Source: an uncultured Thermomicrobia bacterium
Lineage (GTDB): Bacteria; Chloroflexota; Chloroflexia; Thermomicrobiales; JALYUS01
NCBI GenBank assembly: GCA_937968015.1
Contig: CALBSO010000059.1
Coordinates: forward strand, 14,075-78,074
Reading direction: 5' to 3'
Length of the DNA stretch: 64,000 nt
The notes under the pieces: generated by a model
The model's database searches: none
Seen by the model: the letters and a program-made list of their open reading frames with translations, nothing else
What the model was told of the DNA's origin: nothing
Program-made: the position numbers and the translations under genes
In this document: piece by piece, positions 35,470 to 43,731 of the stretch
How the letters are laid out: every line of letters begins with the position of its first letter
Position numbering within the stretch: the first letter of the stretch is position 1

Positions 35470-36239
35470 GCGCGGCGTTCCTCCCACGTTTGCCATGTCG
35501 CGCCGATGATGCTCCCACCAATGCCCGCCACGATGAGATACCACGTCCCCGGTAGGAACGACACACCGAGCAGTGCGAAGATGCCGCCGCAGAGGGCCAC
35601 GCCGACCGCGCGATAGTTTTTCAGGAGGGGGACAAGCAGGCCGAGAAAGGTGAGGGGAATCACGAGGTCTACACCCCATCGCGCAGGCGAGGGGATCGTT
35701 GCTCCGACGATCACGCCGACGATTGCCGATCCCACCCAGGGCGGCGCCATGCCGAGGTTCGCGCCGAGTACGTAGCTCGGCGTCGCGTCGCCCCGGAGCA
35801 GACGCGCCGTCGCGACGGCGAACGATTCATCCGTGAGATGAAAGGCATAGAGCAGACGCCACCAGAGCGGCCGCGCGGCGACATGCGGCGCGACGGAGGC
35901 GCCGATCAGGAGGGAGCGCGCGTTGGTGATCGCGGTACCGACGATGACGGAGAGCGAGCCCGCGCCGCCCGCGATCAGATTGACCGCCGTGAACTGCGCC
36001 GCCCCCGCATGGACGAGCAACGACATGCCGACGATCTCCGGCCCGGAGAGGCCCGCCGCCCGCGCCGTCACCGCGTACACGAGGCCGAAAAGCGCCGTGC
36101 CCGGCCAGAATGGCAATGTCGCGATTGCGCCCGCCCACCATTCCCGGCGCAGTCGCACATCTGTCTCGCCGACGACCGTTGCACCGAGGGTTTGCCCGTC
36201 CACTCTACCGCCTTCTTTCCAGCCCTTCGTCGCGGTCAA
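35460..36239 (-). CDS. azlC: AzlC-family branched-chain amino acid permease
   Basis: GLVYAVTARAAGLS...MSLLVHAGAAQF is the AzlC pattern. Start uncertain (TTG 36239 or GTG 36203). Confidence 0.8.
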   Translation of the reverse strand: MTATKGWKEGGRVDGQTLGATVVGETDVRLRREWWAGAIATLPFWPGTALFGLVYAVTARAAGLSGPEIVGMSLLVHAGAAQFTAVNLIAGGAGSLSVIVGTAITNARSLLIGASVAPHVAARPLWWRLLYAFHLTDESFAVATARLLRGDATPSYVLGANLGMAPPWVGSAIVGVIVGATIPSPARWGVDLVIPLTFLGLLVPLLKNYRAVGVALCGGIFALLGVSFLPGTWYLIVAGIGGSIIGATWQTWEERRACG

Positions 36240-36334
36240 CGGTCAAATTGATAACCGTCGAACGAGAGATTGAGGGTTAGATTGTATGCGCGTATTCGTC
36301 ACTCGTCAAGGCATGATTGCCGGTTGAGGTTCGA

Positions 36335-36493
36335 TTATGAGAGCGACAATGTCCCTTCCAGGACAGGGACGGCGCTGCCGCTGATCTCACCATCCGTTAG
36401 CCCGCGCGCATCGAGTACGACCGCCAGCGGATTGCCACCAAACAGCCGATCCGTGAACACATCTACCTGCACAAACGCATATTCTCGTGCCAT
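36335..36493 (-). pseudogene. PhzF-family isomerase remnant: 52-codon mini-ORF fusing the N-terminal 36 residues to the C-terminal 16
   Basis: AAGGAG precedes the [39 protein letters not shown] is the PhzF/YddE N-terminal motif. It joins directly to [16 protein letters not shown], which matches the family C-terminus (compare YddE ...ISGTAVILFHAEWAIEL). About 230 residues are missing. Confidence 0.6.
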
Positions 36494-36521
36494 GACCACT
36501 CCTTTGAAACGTGAAATAGTC

Positions 36522-38030
36522 TCACACGACCGGGCGAGGGCCGGTGGAGGCGGCGTCGCGGGCGGGGGCAGCGTCGCGGCGGGCGAGGCGGCGGATCGCC
36601 ACCGTCAGCCGTCGGATGCCTTCCGTGATCTCCTCGGGCGGCACGCCGGTGAAGTTGAGGCGGATGGCGTCCCGCTCGCCGCCATTCGGGGAGAACGACT
36701 CGCCAGTGACGAAGGAGAGGCCCTCCCGCGCCGCTTCCGTTGCCAGCGTGCGCGCCCGCATGCCGCCTGGCAGGTGGCACCAGATGAAGTAGCCACCCTC
36801 CGGCTCCGACCACATCATGCCGGCCGGGGCCATTCGGTCGAGGGCAGCGAGCATTGCGTCTCGCCGCTCCCGATAGGCGGGGCGGAGGTCCGCGACATGT
36901 TCCGCGAGCCAGCCGCGTGCGAGGAACGTCTGGAGGACATGCTGCATCGCGCTATTCGGGTGGACATCCACACTCTGCCGGGCGAGGGTGACGGCCTCCG
37001 CGACGGGCGGCGGCGCGGCCAGCCAGCCGAGCCGCAGGCCGGGCAGGAAGACCTTGCTCATCGTGCTCAAGTAGATGACGAGACCGCGCCGATCGAGGGC
37101 GGCGAGGCGCGGCGGCGGGTCATCACCATAGGCGAGCTCGCCGTACGGGTCATCCTCGACGATCGGCACGCCGTACCGCGCTGCCAGCGTGAGGAGCGCA
37201 TGTCGCCGCGCGAGCGGCATCGTCACGCCCGTTGGGTTCTGGAAAGTCGGCAGCGTGTAGATGATCTTGGGCCGGTGGCGTGCCAGCACCTGTTCGAGCA
37301 GGTCCATCCGCATGCCGTCATGATCGAGCGCGACAGGCAGCAAGCGTGCCCCCGCGCCGCGAAAGACCTGCAGCGCGCCGAGGTAGGTGGGCGACTCGAC
37401 AACGACCGCATCGCCCGGTTCGAGCAGTACGCGGGCGATGAGATCAAGCCCCTGCTGCGAGCCATGCAACACGACGACCTGCTCCACCGACGTGCGGATA
37501 CCACCGCGCGCCATCCAGGCGACGAGCGCCTCCCGCAGCGGCAGCGACCCCTGCACCAGACCATAGACGAAGAGGTCCGGCCCGTAGGCATCGAGCGCCT
37601 CGTTCATCGCGCGGCGGAAACGGTCAACAGGGAAGAACTCCGGCGCGGGGGCGCCGGTGCCGAAGGCAATGGTGCCAGGTTGGCGCATCGCGGCGAGCAT
37701 ATCGCGCATCACCGGCTCGCGCAGTCGCTCGGTCGTTGCGCTGAACAACGTCTGCCAGGCGAGCGGTTGCGGCGGATTGGCCCCGTCCATCACCGCGTTG
37801 CTCACCCATGTGCCCCGCCCGACGCGCGCCTCGACCATCCCCGTTGCGACGAGGTCGCGGTACGCCGTGACCACCGTCGTGCGGTTGACCCTCAGCCGGG
37901 CGGCGAGTTTCCGTTCCGGCGGCAGGAGCGTGCCGACGGGCAGACTCCCATCCTCAATTCGCGCGATCACCTGCGCGACGATCTGGCGGTAGAGCGGCGT
38001 CGTGTTCTCCCGGTCGAGGTAGATGTCCAT
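36522..38030 (-). CDS. MocR-type regulator (GntR winged-helix domain fused to a class I aminotransferase-like PLP domain)
   Basis: [49 protein letters not shown] (GntR HTH), then [17 protein letters not shown] (PLP Lys). GGAGGAGG upstream of ATG 38030. Confidence 0.85.
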   Translation of the reverse strand: MDIYLDRENTTPLYRQIVAQVIARIEDGSLPVGTLLPPERKLAARLRVNRTTVVTAYRDLVATGMVEARVGRGTWVSNAVMDGANPPQPLAWQTLFSATTERLREPVMRDMLAAMRQPGTIAFGTGAPAPEFFPVDRFRRAMNEALDAYGPDLFVYGLVQGSLPLREALVAWMARGGIRTSVEQVVVLHGSQQGLDLIARVLLEPGDAVVVESPTYLGALQVFRGAGARLLPVALDHDGMRMDLLEQVLARHRPKIIYTLPTFQNPTGVTMPLARRHALLTLAARYGVPIVEDDPYGELAYGDDPPPRLAALDRRGLVIYLSTMSKVFLPGLRLGWLAAPPPVAEAVTLARQSVDVHPNSAMQHVLQTFLARGWLAEHVADLRPAYRERRDAMLAALDRMAPAGMMWSEPEGGYFIWCHLPGGMRARTLATEAAREGLSFVTGESFSPNGGERDAIRLNFTGVPPEEITEGIRRLTVAIRRLARRDAAPARDAASTGPRPVV

Positions 38031-38128
38031 CCATGCCTCCTCCCACTCGCATGCAGCATAGCGGGCGAGAAGGCGATGTGAAACGGCCAATGGTCGTGAA
38101 ATGGAGCGGTCCAATAGCAGCGATCACG

Positions 38129-40087
38129 TTACGGGGTCGAAATGATGACCGGATCGCTCATGACCATTGTGCTGGCGACACCGGATGCGCTCACCGTCTG
38201 AATGCCGTAGCGGCGCGTTTCAGCAGGCGGAGCGGAGTCTATCCACTGCGCTGCGCGGAGCGGCATCGGCGAAAGCAGTGTGTCCGGCTTGCCATCCCGA
38301 ATGAGAAAGACCTGATAGGAGAAAAAGGATGCCTCTCGGCTCGGTTCCCAGCGGAGGATGAGATTTCCTTCCTCTACCGTCGCTGTTACCCAGCGGGGCG
38401 CGGCGGGAGTCTCCGGCAGAAATGGGGTGATCCAGTAGAGCAGCGTCGTGAATGGCGTGATCGCAAATCGGTCGCTGATTGTGCCATCTCCGAGCGAAAT
38501 GCCTTGTTGGATGGGTGCAAAAAGCGCCAGTTCCTGCGCCTGCCGGATCGTCCGGGTCGTCGGCGCATCGGGGGCGGGGAGGGAGAGCCGTGCGCCCGCC
38601 GCCGTGTATGCATTCCCGTGCATCGCATCAATCTGGAAGCGTGCGACATTCACGCGCTGCCACGGGATGTCGGTGATCGTGTAATCCACGATGTGCGGCT
38701 GCACGTTTGCCATGTCCGTCGGATAGAGAGAGAAGAGCGCGCTTATCTGTTGCTCCCCAACAGCCAACAAATGGAAAAGATCAGTGTGTGGATAACAGCG
38801 ATCCGCCCCACGGACGACAGCGCCGCGCGCATCTCCCATCAGACGCAGGAGTTCGTAGAAGTGGTAGGCCGGCAGTTTGAGGAGGTCGCTCGTCGCGGTC
38901 GGAGAGGCGCGTGTCATCACCGAGCGGCGGCCATCGAATGGGGTCTGTACGAGTTGCAGGTTCGCGTTGTCCGACGCGGCACGGAAACGGAAACCGATGT
39001 CGCGATACTTCACGCTCAACCCATCGTACGCGACGAAAAGGCTCGCGAGCCACGCCGGGAAACGCTCGGTCATGCGCGGCTCGTAGGGGATGTCGAAGCC
39101 AACCTTCATATCCGCCTCATTGTTATAGATTGGCAGATTCCGGCACCGCTCCGGCACAATCGCCAGCGCCATGCGGGCCGTCTCCTCGGCAGCAGTAACG
39201 AGATCGCCGAGGGCGGGTTCAGTGCTCCCTTGCGCGGGATTCACCCATGCCCCTTTCTCGTGGAAGGAGAGGAAATCGCATTGAATCCCTGGCTCGTTGT
39301 GGAGAAATTGGAGGAAGCGGCGCATCAGGGGCGCGCCCGCCGCGTTGTCCGTGGTGGGCAACCAGGCGAGGGCCGGGCCACCGAGCCGGATCGGGTAGCC
39401 GGTGGCGCGCACGGCGTCCGCAGTGGCGCGGTAGAGAGCGAGGTACTGATCGAATGTGCCCTGCCAGAAGACGGGGATGTTCGGCTCATTCCAGACCTCG
39501 AACCACCACGTCCGCATCGCGTCCAACCCGAAGCGCGGATCGGCGACGAGCGCGTCGAGGAAATCGTGGACGAGCGCCTGCCATCCCTCGAACGACGCGG
39601 GCGGCAGCGTCGGCGATGATGAGACCGACGCCGGGAAGAAACTCAACTGCACGAACGGAATCAGCCCCCGCACGGTCAACGCCTCCAGACCGGCGAATGC
39701 TGAGGCGAATGAGTGACGAGCAGGAACGAGATCCCCGTTACTCGATACTCGATACTCGTTACTCGGCGTCGCCTTCTCCTTCGTACCGCTGTTGAGGGAA
39801 CCAAAGAAGCGTACCGCCGTGAACGCGCCCGGCGAGGCGGCGAAATTGTCGAGGAGCGGTGCGAACGAGGCGTCGGCAAGCCAGTCCACGTCGAAGATGC
39901 CGACCATACCGAAATCGCCCGTACGCACCGGCGGATCATTGGCGGGCTTCGCGGTGGCGACGAGTGCGATGTCCACACCTTCCCCTGCCGATTGCCGACT
40001 GCTGGCTGCCGATTTCATCCCGCAGGCAGCAAGGAGCGCGCCAGCCGCAGTGGAGGCGGCGCGGATGAGAAGATCGCGCCGGTTCAG
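38129..40087 (-). CDS. Clan GH-A glycoside hydrolase (GH39-like) exported as a Tat lipoprotein; proposed CTG start
   Basis: WWFEVWNEPN acid/base motif. The in-frame upstream sequence encodes (M)NRRDLLIRAASTAAGALLAACG. The only start candidate there is CTG 40087..40085, 5 nt after GGGAGGG. The first ATG (40018) would delete the signal peptide. Confidence 0.65.
   Translation of the reverse strand: MNRRDLLIRAASTAAGALLAACGMKSAASSRQSAGEGVDIALVATAKPANDPPVRTGDFGMVGIFDVDWLADASFAPLLDNFAASPGAFTAVRFFGSLNSGTKEKATPSNEYRVSSNGDLVPARHSFASAFAGLEALTVRGLIPFVQLSFFPASVSSSPTLPPASFEGWQALVHDFLDALVADPRFGLDAMRTWWFEVWNEPNIPVFWQGTFDQYLALYRATADAVRATGYPIRLGGPALAWLPTTDNAAGAPLMRRFLQFLHNEPGIQCDFLSFHEKGAWVNPAQGSTEPALGDLVTAAEETARMALAIVPERCRNLPIYNNEADMKVGFDIPYEPRMTERFPAWLASLFVAYDGLSVKYRDIGFRFRAASDNANLQLVQTPFDGRRSVMTRASPTATSDLLKLPAYHFYELLRLMGDARGAVVRGADRCYPHTDLFHLLAVGEQQISALFSLYPTDMANVQPHIVDYTITDIPWQRVNVARFQIDAMHGNAYTAAGARLSLPAPDAPTTRTIRQAQELALFAPIQQGISLGDGTISDRFAITPFTTLLYWITPFLPETPAAPRWVTATVEEGNLILRWEPSREASFFSYQVFLIRDGKPDTLLSPMPLRAAQWIDSAPPAETRRYGIQTVSASGVASTMVMSDPVIISTP
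39705..39766. repeat. Heptad-phased hairpin lying in frame inside the GH39-like ORF
   Basis: Right arm GTTACTC GATACTC GATACTC GTTACTC (39737..39764). GAGTGACGAG (39711..39720) pairs with CTCGTTACTC (39755..39764). It is translated as PSNEYRVSSNGDLVPARHSF. Confidence 0.7.
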
Positions 40088-40548
40088 GGATGCCCTCCCG
40101 AATCGCGCCGCCTACTGGTTACGGTTCGTTGTCCGCTGACATGGAGGAAGCCAGAAAGCCGCTCGAAGGTCGTCGGCGGGCGAATACGGAGGTCAATCGC
40201 CAGCCAGAGCGCCTTGATATGCCGGAAACAGAGCAGCGGCAGGAGTGTGCCGAGGAACAATCCGAGCGCGAGGACGACGAGCACCGGGAGGCCGGAATAG
40301 GCGAGCGGCGTGACGAGGAGGACGGCGAGACCACCGGTCGTCATGAAGTTGAGCGTCACGGCATTCGTCCAATACCCCGGTTCCCGCTCGAACGGGAAGC
40401 CACAGGCTGGGCACGATTGCCACATCGTCATCCCCTCAAACAACCGCCCCTCCCCGCAGACAGGGCAGCGCAGGCGCAACGCCCTACGGAAGTATCGAGT
40501 GTTGAGTGCGGAGTGCTGAGGTTCGTCAAGTGGCTCGTCGCTGTTCAT
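40084..40548 (-). CDS. DUF983-like zinc-ribbon membrane protein
   Basis: RCPVCGEGRLFEG...CPACGFPFEREPGYW followed by two TM helices. The stop overlaps the CTG of the downstream glycosidase (CTGA). An alternative TTG start lies just before RLRCP. Confidence 0.6.
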   Translation of the reverse strand: MNSDEPLDEPQHSALNTRYFRRALRLRCPVCGEGRLFEGMTMWQSCPACGFPFEREPGYWTNAVTLNFMTTGGLAVLLVTPLAYSGLPVLVVLALGLFLGTLLPLLCFRHIKALWLAIDLRIRPPTTFERLSGFLHVSGQRTVTSRRRDSGGHP

Positions 40549-40589
40549 GACATATTTATCCTACTTCGTTCTCAGCACTCAGTCCTACG
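40493..40589. repeat. Heptad inverted repeat bracketing the DUF983 start codon (TATCGAG TGTTGAG TGCGGAG TGCTGAG ... TTCTCAG CACTCAG TCCTACG)
   Basis: GAGTGCTGAG (CDS side) is complementary to CTCAGCACTC (5' side). ATG 40548 sits in the loop of about 48 nt. The upstream arm also supplies the last codons and stop of the PIN fragment. Confidence 0.65.
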
Positions 40590-40790
40590 GTTGCATCCGT
40601 CCCAACGTCGCGGCGAGGGTGAGAGCAATTGCCCCTGTGTCGGACCGAAAAAGATGCCTTCATACACTTCGGCAAATGTGAGGATGCTCATCGCCGTGCC
40701 ATCAGCGAGAAGATGGCGGAAAGGCGCTATCGCGTCGGGGCGCCCTCTGAGAAAGTCTGCAACCCGATCGCTGTCAACGAGGTACATCAT
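40572..40790 (-). pseudogene. Truncated PIN-domain (VapC-like) toxin, N-terminal half only
   Basis: MMYLVDSDRVADFLRGRPDAI...LTFAEVYEGI parallels the intact VapC at 62492..62890 (MMSYLLDADWII...ITVAEVYEGA), then terminates in hairpin-arm sequence. An upstream frame ends ...HRLIEDMYATRDVQRPPPHR* with an ATGA overlap, resembling the C-terminus of the antitoxin at 62887..63162. Confidence 0.45.
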
Positions 40791-40955
40791 CGGTGAGGGG
40801 GTGGACGCTGCACGTCTCGAGTCGCGTACATATCCTCGATCAGCCGGTGATGGCGATGCTTTCGCGTGGCTTTGCCATAGATACAACCCTCGTACGACCG
40901 CGCACGTCATGATTGCCGTCAGTCCATGAGAGTATAGCATCTGGTGGGGAGTGGT

Positions 40956-42074
40956 TCAGTCAGCAGCGGGGTTGATCTCTTTGGGCAAATTGGGGGTGAG
41001 GTAGGGGCAGGAAGAGGCCACGAGCAGGCGGAGCGCGTCGTCCGCGTTGCCCGTGATAACCGCCGCTGCCGCGAAGGTATGGCCGCCGCCACCGATTGTC
41101 TTGGCGATCCGGTCCACGGGCACATCGCCGGAGGCGCGCAGGATGACGCGGGTGCGCTCGTCGGGGAACTCCAGCAGCGCCGCACCGATTGCCGCCCCCT
41201 CGACGGTCGCGGCATGATCCGCGAAGCCGGGGGCATCCTCGACAGCGAGGCCGTATCGTTTGAACTGGTCGCGCGTCACGGTGATCACGGCCAGGTGGCC
41301 GTCGCAGGTCAGTTGGATACCCATGAGCGCTTCCCCGAGCAGGCGAATCTTGGCGATGGATGTGCTCTCGTACATCTCCGCGTAGTGCCGCCGTTCGTCC
41401 GCGCCGTGCTCGGCGAGTTCCGCGACGATGCGATGCGCCTCGGCATTCGTGTTCGGAAAGCGGAAGGAGGCGGTATCCGTGACGATGCCGAGATACAGCC
41501 ATCCGGCTTCCTCCGGCGTCACGCTATGTGTGAGGAGCAAAATCAGTTGGTAGGCGAGCACCGCCGCCGCCGTCGCGTGCGGATCAATCACCGGGATGTC
41601 CACATCAATCCCCGTGTGGGGGTGATGATCGAGGCAAATCACCCTGCATTGCTTCGCCGCCCGCCGTGCCGCGATTGTCGCGCCCGGCGCGCCGATGCGA
41701 TCCCAGCCCGAACTCGTATCGAGCACGACGACGACATCCGCCGTCGGCAGTGAATCGTTCGCTCCATAGACCCTCGCGCGTGCCGTGCGGTCCATGTATC
41801 TGTATCGTTCCGGGACCGTGCAACCGAGGGCGATCTCTGCCGGGATGCCGATTCGCTCCAATGCGGAGGCGAGGGCGAGCGCCGAGCCGAGGCCATCGGG
41901 GTCCGCGCCGAGATGCGTCGTGATAAGGACGGAGGTCGCTTCGCGCAGGCATGCCGCCGCGCGCCGCAAAGCGGCACGGCGCGTTAGCCCGATTGGTGTC
42001 GTGGCCCGGGCGGTCACGCGGCCCTTCCCGCGTGGCAGCAAACCGTGATCGTCGTGGTCATAGCGAGCATTCAT
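40956..42074 (-). CDS. nrnA: DHH/DHHA1 phosphoesterase (NrnA-like oligoribonuclease/pAp phosphatase)
   Basis: HLGADPDGLGS, DHHPH and GGGGH motifs in the canonical order. Confidence 0.75.
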   Translation of the reverse strand: MNARYDHDDHGLLPRGKGRVTARATTPIGLTRRAALRRAAACLREATSVLITTHLGADPDGLGSALALASALERIGIPAEIALGCTVPERYRYMDRTARARVYGANDSLPTADVVVVLDTSSGWDRIGAPGATIAARRAAKQCRVICLDHHPHTGIDVDIPVIDPHATAAAVLAYQLILLLTHSVTPEEAGWLYLGIVTDTASFRFPNTNAEAHRIVAELAEHGADERRHYAEMYESTSIAKIRLLGEALMGIQLTCDGHLAVITVTRDQFKRYGLAVEDAPGFADHAATVEGAAIGAALLEFPDERTRVILRASGDVPVDRIAKTIGGGGHTFAAAAVITGNADDALRLLVASSCPYLTPNLPKEINPAAD

Positions 42075-42168
42075 GCCCTTCGCTACGCAACTGGCGTGCC
42101 AGAAACACCGCGGACAACGAAAAAGGACTGTGGCCTAAGTATACCATGCCGCCAATCGCCGAGCAGAC

Positions 42169-42236
42169 TCAAGGAACAAGTCGAAAGGAACAAGGGCTCC
42201 GCGACGATTTCTTGTTCCTTGTCACTTTTGACTTTC
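42169..42236. repeat. Heptad-phased hairpin (CAAGGAA CAAGTCG AAAGGAA CAAGG / CTTGTTC CTTGTCA CTTTTGA CTTT)
   Basis: AAGGAACAAG pairs with CTTGTTCCTT. The right arm encodes the last residues and stop (GESQK*) of the MFS gene. Confidence 0.7.
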
Positions 42237-43526
42237 GCCGTGGGGAGTGTCCGCTTTCGGGATCGGGCCGGCGGCGATGTAGCCGACGGCGAGGGTGAGG
42301 ATCGCGGCGGCGAAGAGGAAGGTCGCGGGCGCGCCGTAGCCTGCGGCGATCAATCCACCGGCGAGGCCACCGAGGGGAACGTTGCACCAGGCGATCATCC
42401 GGATAGCGGCGGAGGCGCGGCCGAGCAGATGATCGGGGATCACCGCCTGTCGCAACGAGATCGAGGGGATGTTAAGGAGCGTCACCGCCGCCCCCCAGAG
42501 GACGCCGATGCCGGTCATCAGCGGCAGATTGCCCGTCAGTGCGAAGGCGAGTGGGAAGAGAGGCTGGAGGATCGTCGCGACAAGAATCTGCCGCCCGAGC
42601 GGCAACTTTCGCGCGATCTTACCGACGATGAGCGAGGCGAGGAACTGGCCGACCGCCGTGCTGGCAAGGAAGATACCGGTCTCGGCGGCGCTGAAGTGCA
42701 ACTCGACCCGGGCGCGATAGATGAGGACGGCGAGGACGGCGCTCGTCGCGAGGTTGCCGACGGCAGTAGCGACGGAGAGCGCGCGAATCAGCGGCTGGCC
42801 CCAGACGAAGTGAATACCCTCGCCCATCCGCTGCCAGAAGGTGCCTTCCTCACGTCGTACCGTAGGCGCGCTGAATGGCCGCTTGATCGTCGCGAGCGAG
42901 ATGACGGAAACGACATACGAGACGGTGTCAATCACCATCGTGCCCGCCGCCGTGAAGAGCGCGACGAGTGCGCCCGCCAGCGGCTGGCCGGAGAGTTCCG
43001 CGGCGCTGCGCGTCAACTCCAATTTGCCGTTCGCGTCCGCCAGTTGCCGTTTCTCGACGAGATTGGGCAGGCAGGCGGTGTAGCCGACATCGAAGAAGAT
43101 CGTGAAGAGGCGCATCAACGCGGCGACGACGAATAACTGCACGAGTGTCAGGTAGCCCATGAAATAGGCGACCGGGATGCTGACGACGAGCAGACCACGC
43201 GCCGCGTCGCAGACGAGCATGATCCCGCGGCGGTTCCAGCGGTCCGCGATCACCCCGGCGGGCAAGGCGAAGATGAGGTACGGGAGGAAACTGACCGCGC
43301 TCAGCGCGCCGACGGTCACCGCCGAGCGGTTGATGTCGAGCACCAGCCAGGGGAGGGCGAATTGCGTGATCTGCGTGCCGAAAACGCTCAGGCTTTGCCC
43401 GCCCCAGAGTGTGAGGAAATCACGATTCCGCAGCAGCGAATCGGCGATCGGCGTCTGCTCCGGCGCGGCGCTCGTTGCCGGTTCTCCCCTTTCTCCTTGC
43501 ACGATTGCCGGCGCCTCTGCCCCCAT
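42222..43526 (-). CDS. MFS transporter (EntS/MFS_3-like)
   Basis: Twelve hydrophobic segments. GVIADRWNRRGIM loop motif. Confidence 0.8.
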   Translation of the reverse strand: MGAEAPAIVQGERGEPATSAAPEQTPIADSLLRNRDFLTLWGGQSLSVFGTQITQFALPWLVLDINRSAVTVGALSAVSFLPYLIFALPAGVIADRWNRRGIMLVCDAARGLLVVSIPVAYFMGYLTLVQLFVVAALMRLFTIFFDVGYTACLPNLVEKRQLADANGKLELTRSAAELSGQPLAGALVALFTAAGTMVIDTVSYVVSVISLATIKRPFSAPTVRREEGTFWQRMGEGIHFVWGQPLIRALSVATAVGNLATSAVLAVLIYRARVELHFSAAETGIFLASTAVGQFLASLIVGKIARKLPLGRQILVATILQPLFPLAFALTGNLPLMTGIGVLWGAAVTLLNIPSISLRQAVIPDHLLGRASAAIRMIAWCNVPLGGLAGGLIAAGYGAPATFLFAAAILTLAVGYIAAGPIPKADTPHGESQK

Positions 43527-43673
43527 GCGCTACTCCCTTCGCGTCTCCCCATCACGCTTGATGTTGTAGCCTCTCTCACTGGAAAAAAGGAGTGATTCAT
43601 TGTCGGTCGATCTGACGGTTTCTTCATTCTCGCACATCACTCGGCGGCAGCGCAAAAGTGTACGGGAAGCCGG

Positions 43674-43731
43674 ATCGAGTAACGAATAATGAGAAGGACT
43701 GAATTCCTCCCCTCGTTTCTCGTCACTTCTC
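43674..43731. repeat. Heptad-phased hairpin at the 3' end of fpg (pairs best as minus-strand RNA, with G:U wobbles)
   Basis: GAGTAACGAATAATGAGAAGGA versus TCCTCCCCTCGTTTCTCGTCACTTC. The mismatches are A/G and T/C classes that become G:U pairs in the fpg-sense transcript. Confidence 0.6.

Noticed and set aside
36328-36336. GGTTCGATT, a T-loop-like motif that might indicate a tRNA
   Set aside because: No complementary T-stem, acceptor stem or anticodon arm can be drawn around it. I saw no tRNA or rRNA signatures anywhere in the window.
36270-38081. 603-aa plus-strand ORF
   Set aside because: It lies entirely antisense to the well-supported MocR regulator gene. It is R/H/G/P-rich with no recognisable motif, which is typical of a shadow ORF in high-GC DNA.
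38033-39619. 528-aa plus-strand ORF
   Set aside because: It is antisense to the GH39-like gene, which carries the WWFEVWNEPN motif. The ORF itself has no motif support.
40016-40018. First ATG as the start of the GH39-like gene
   Set aside because: Using it would discard an in-frame, textbook Tat-lipoprotein signal lying immediately upstream. See the CTG-start finding.
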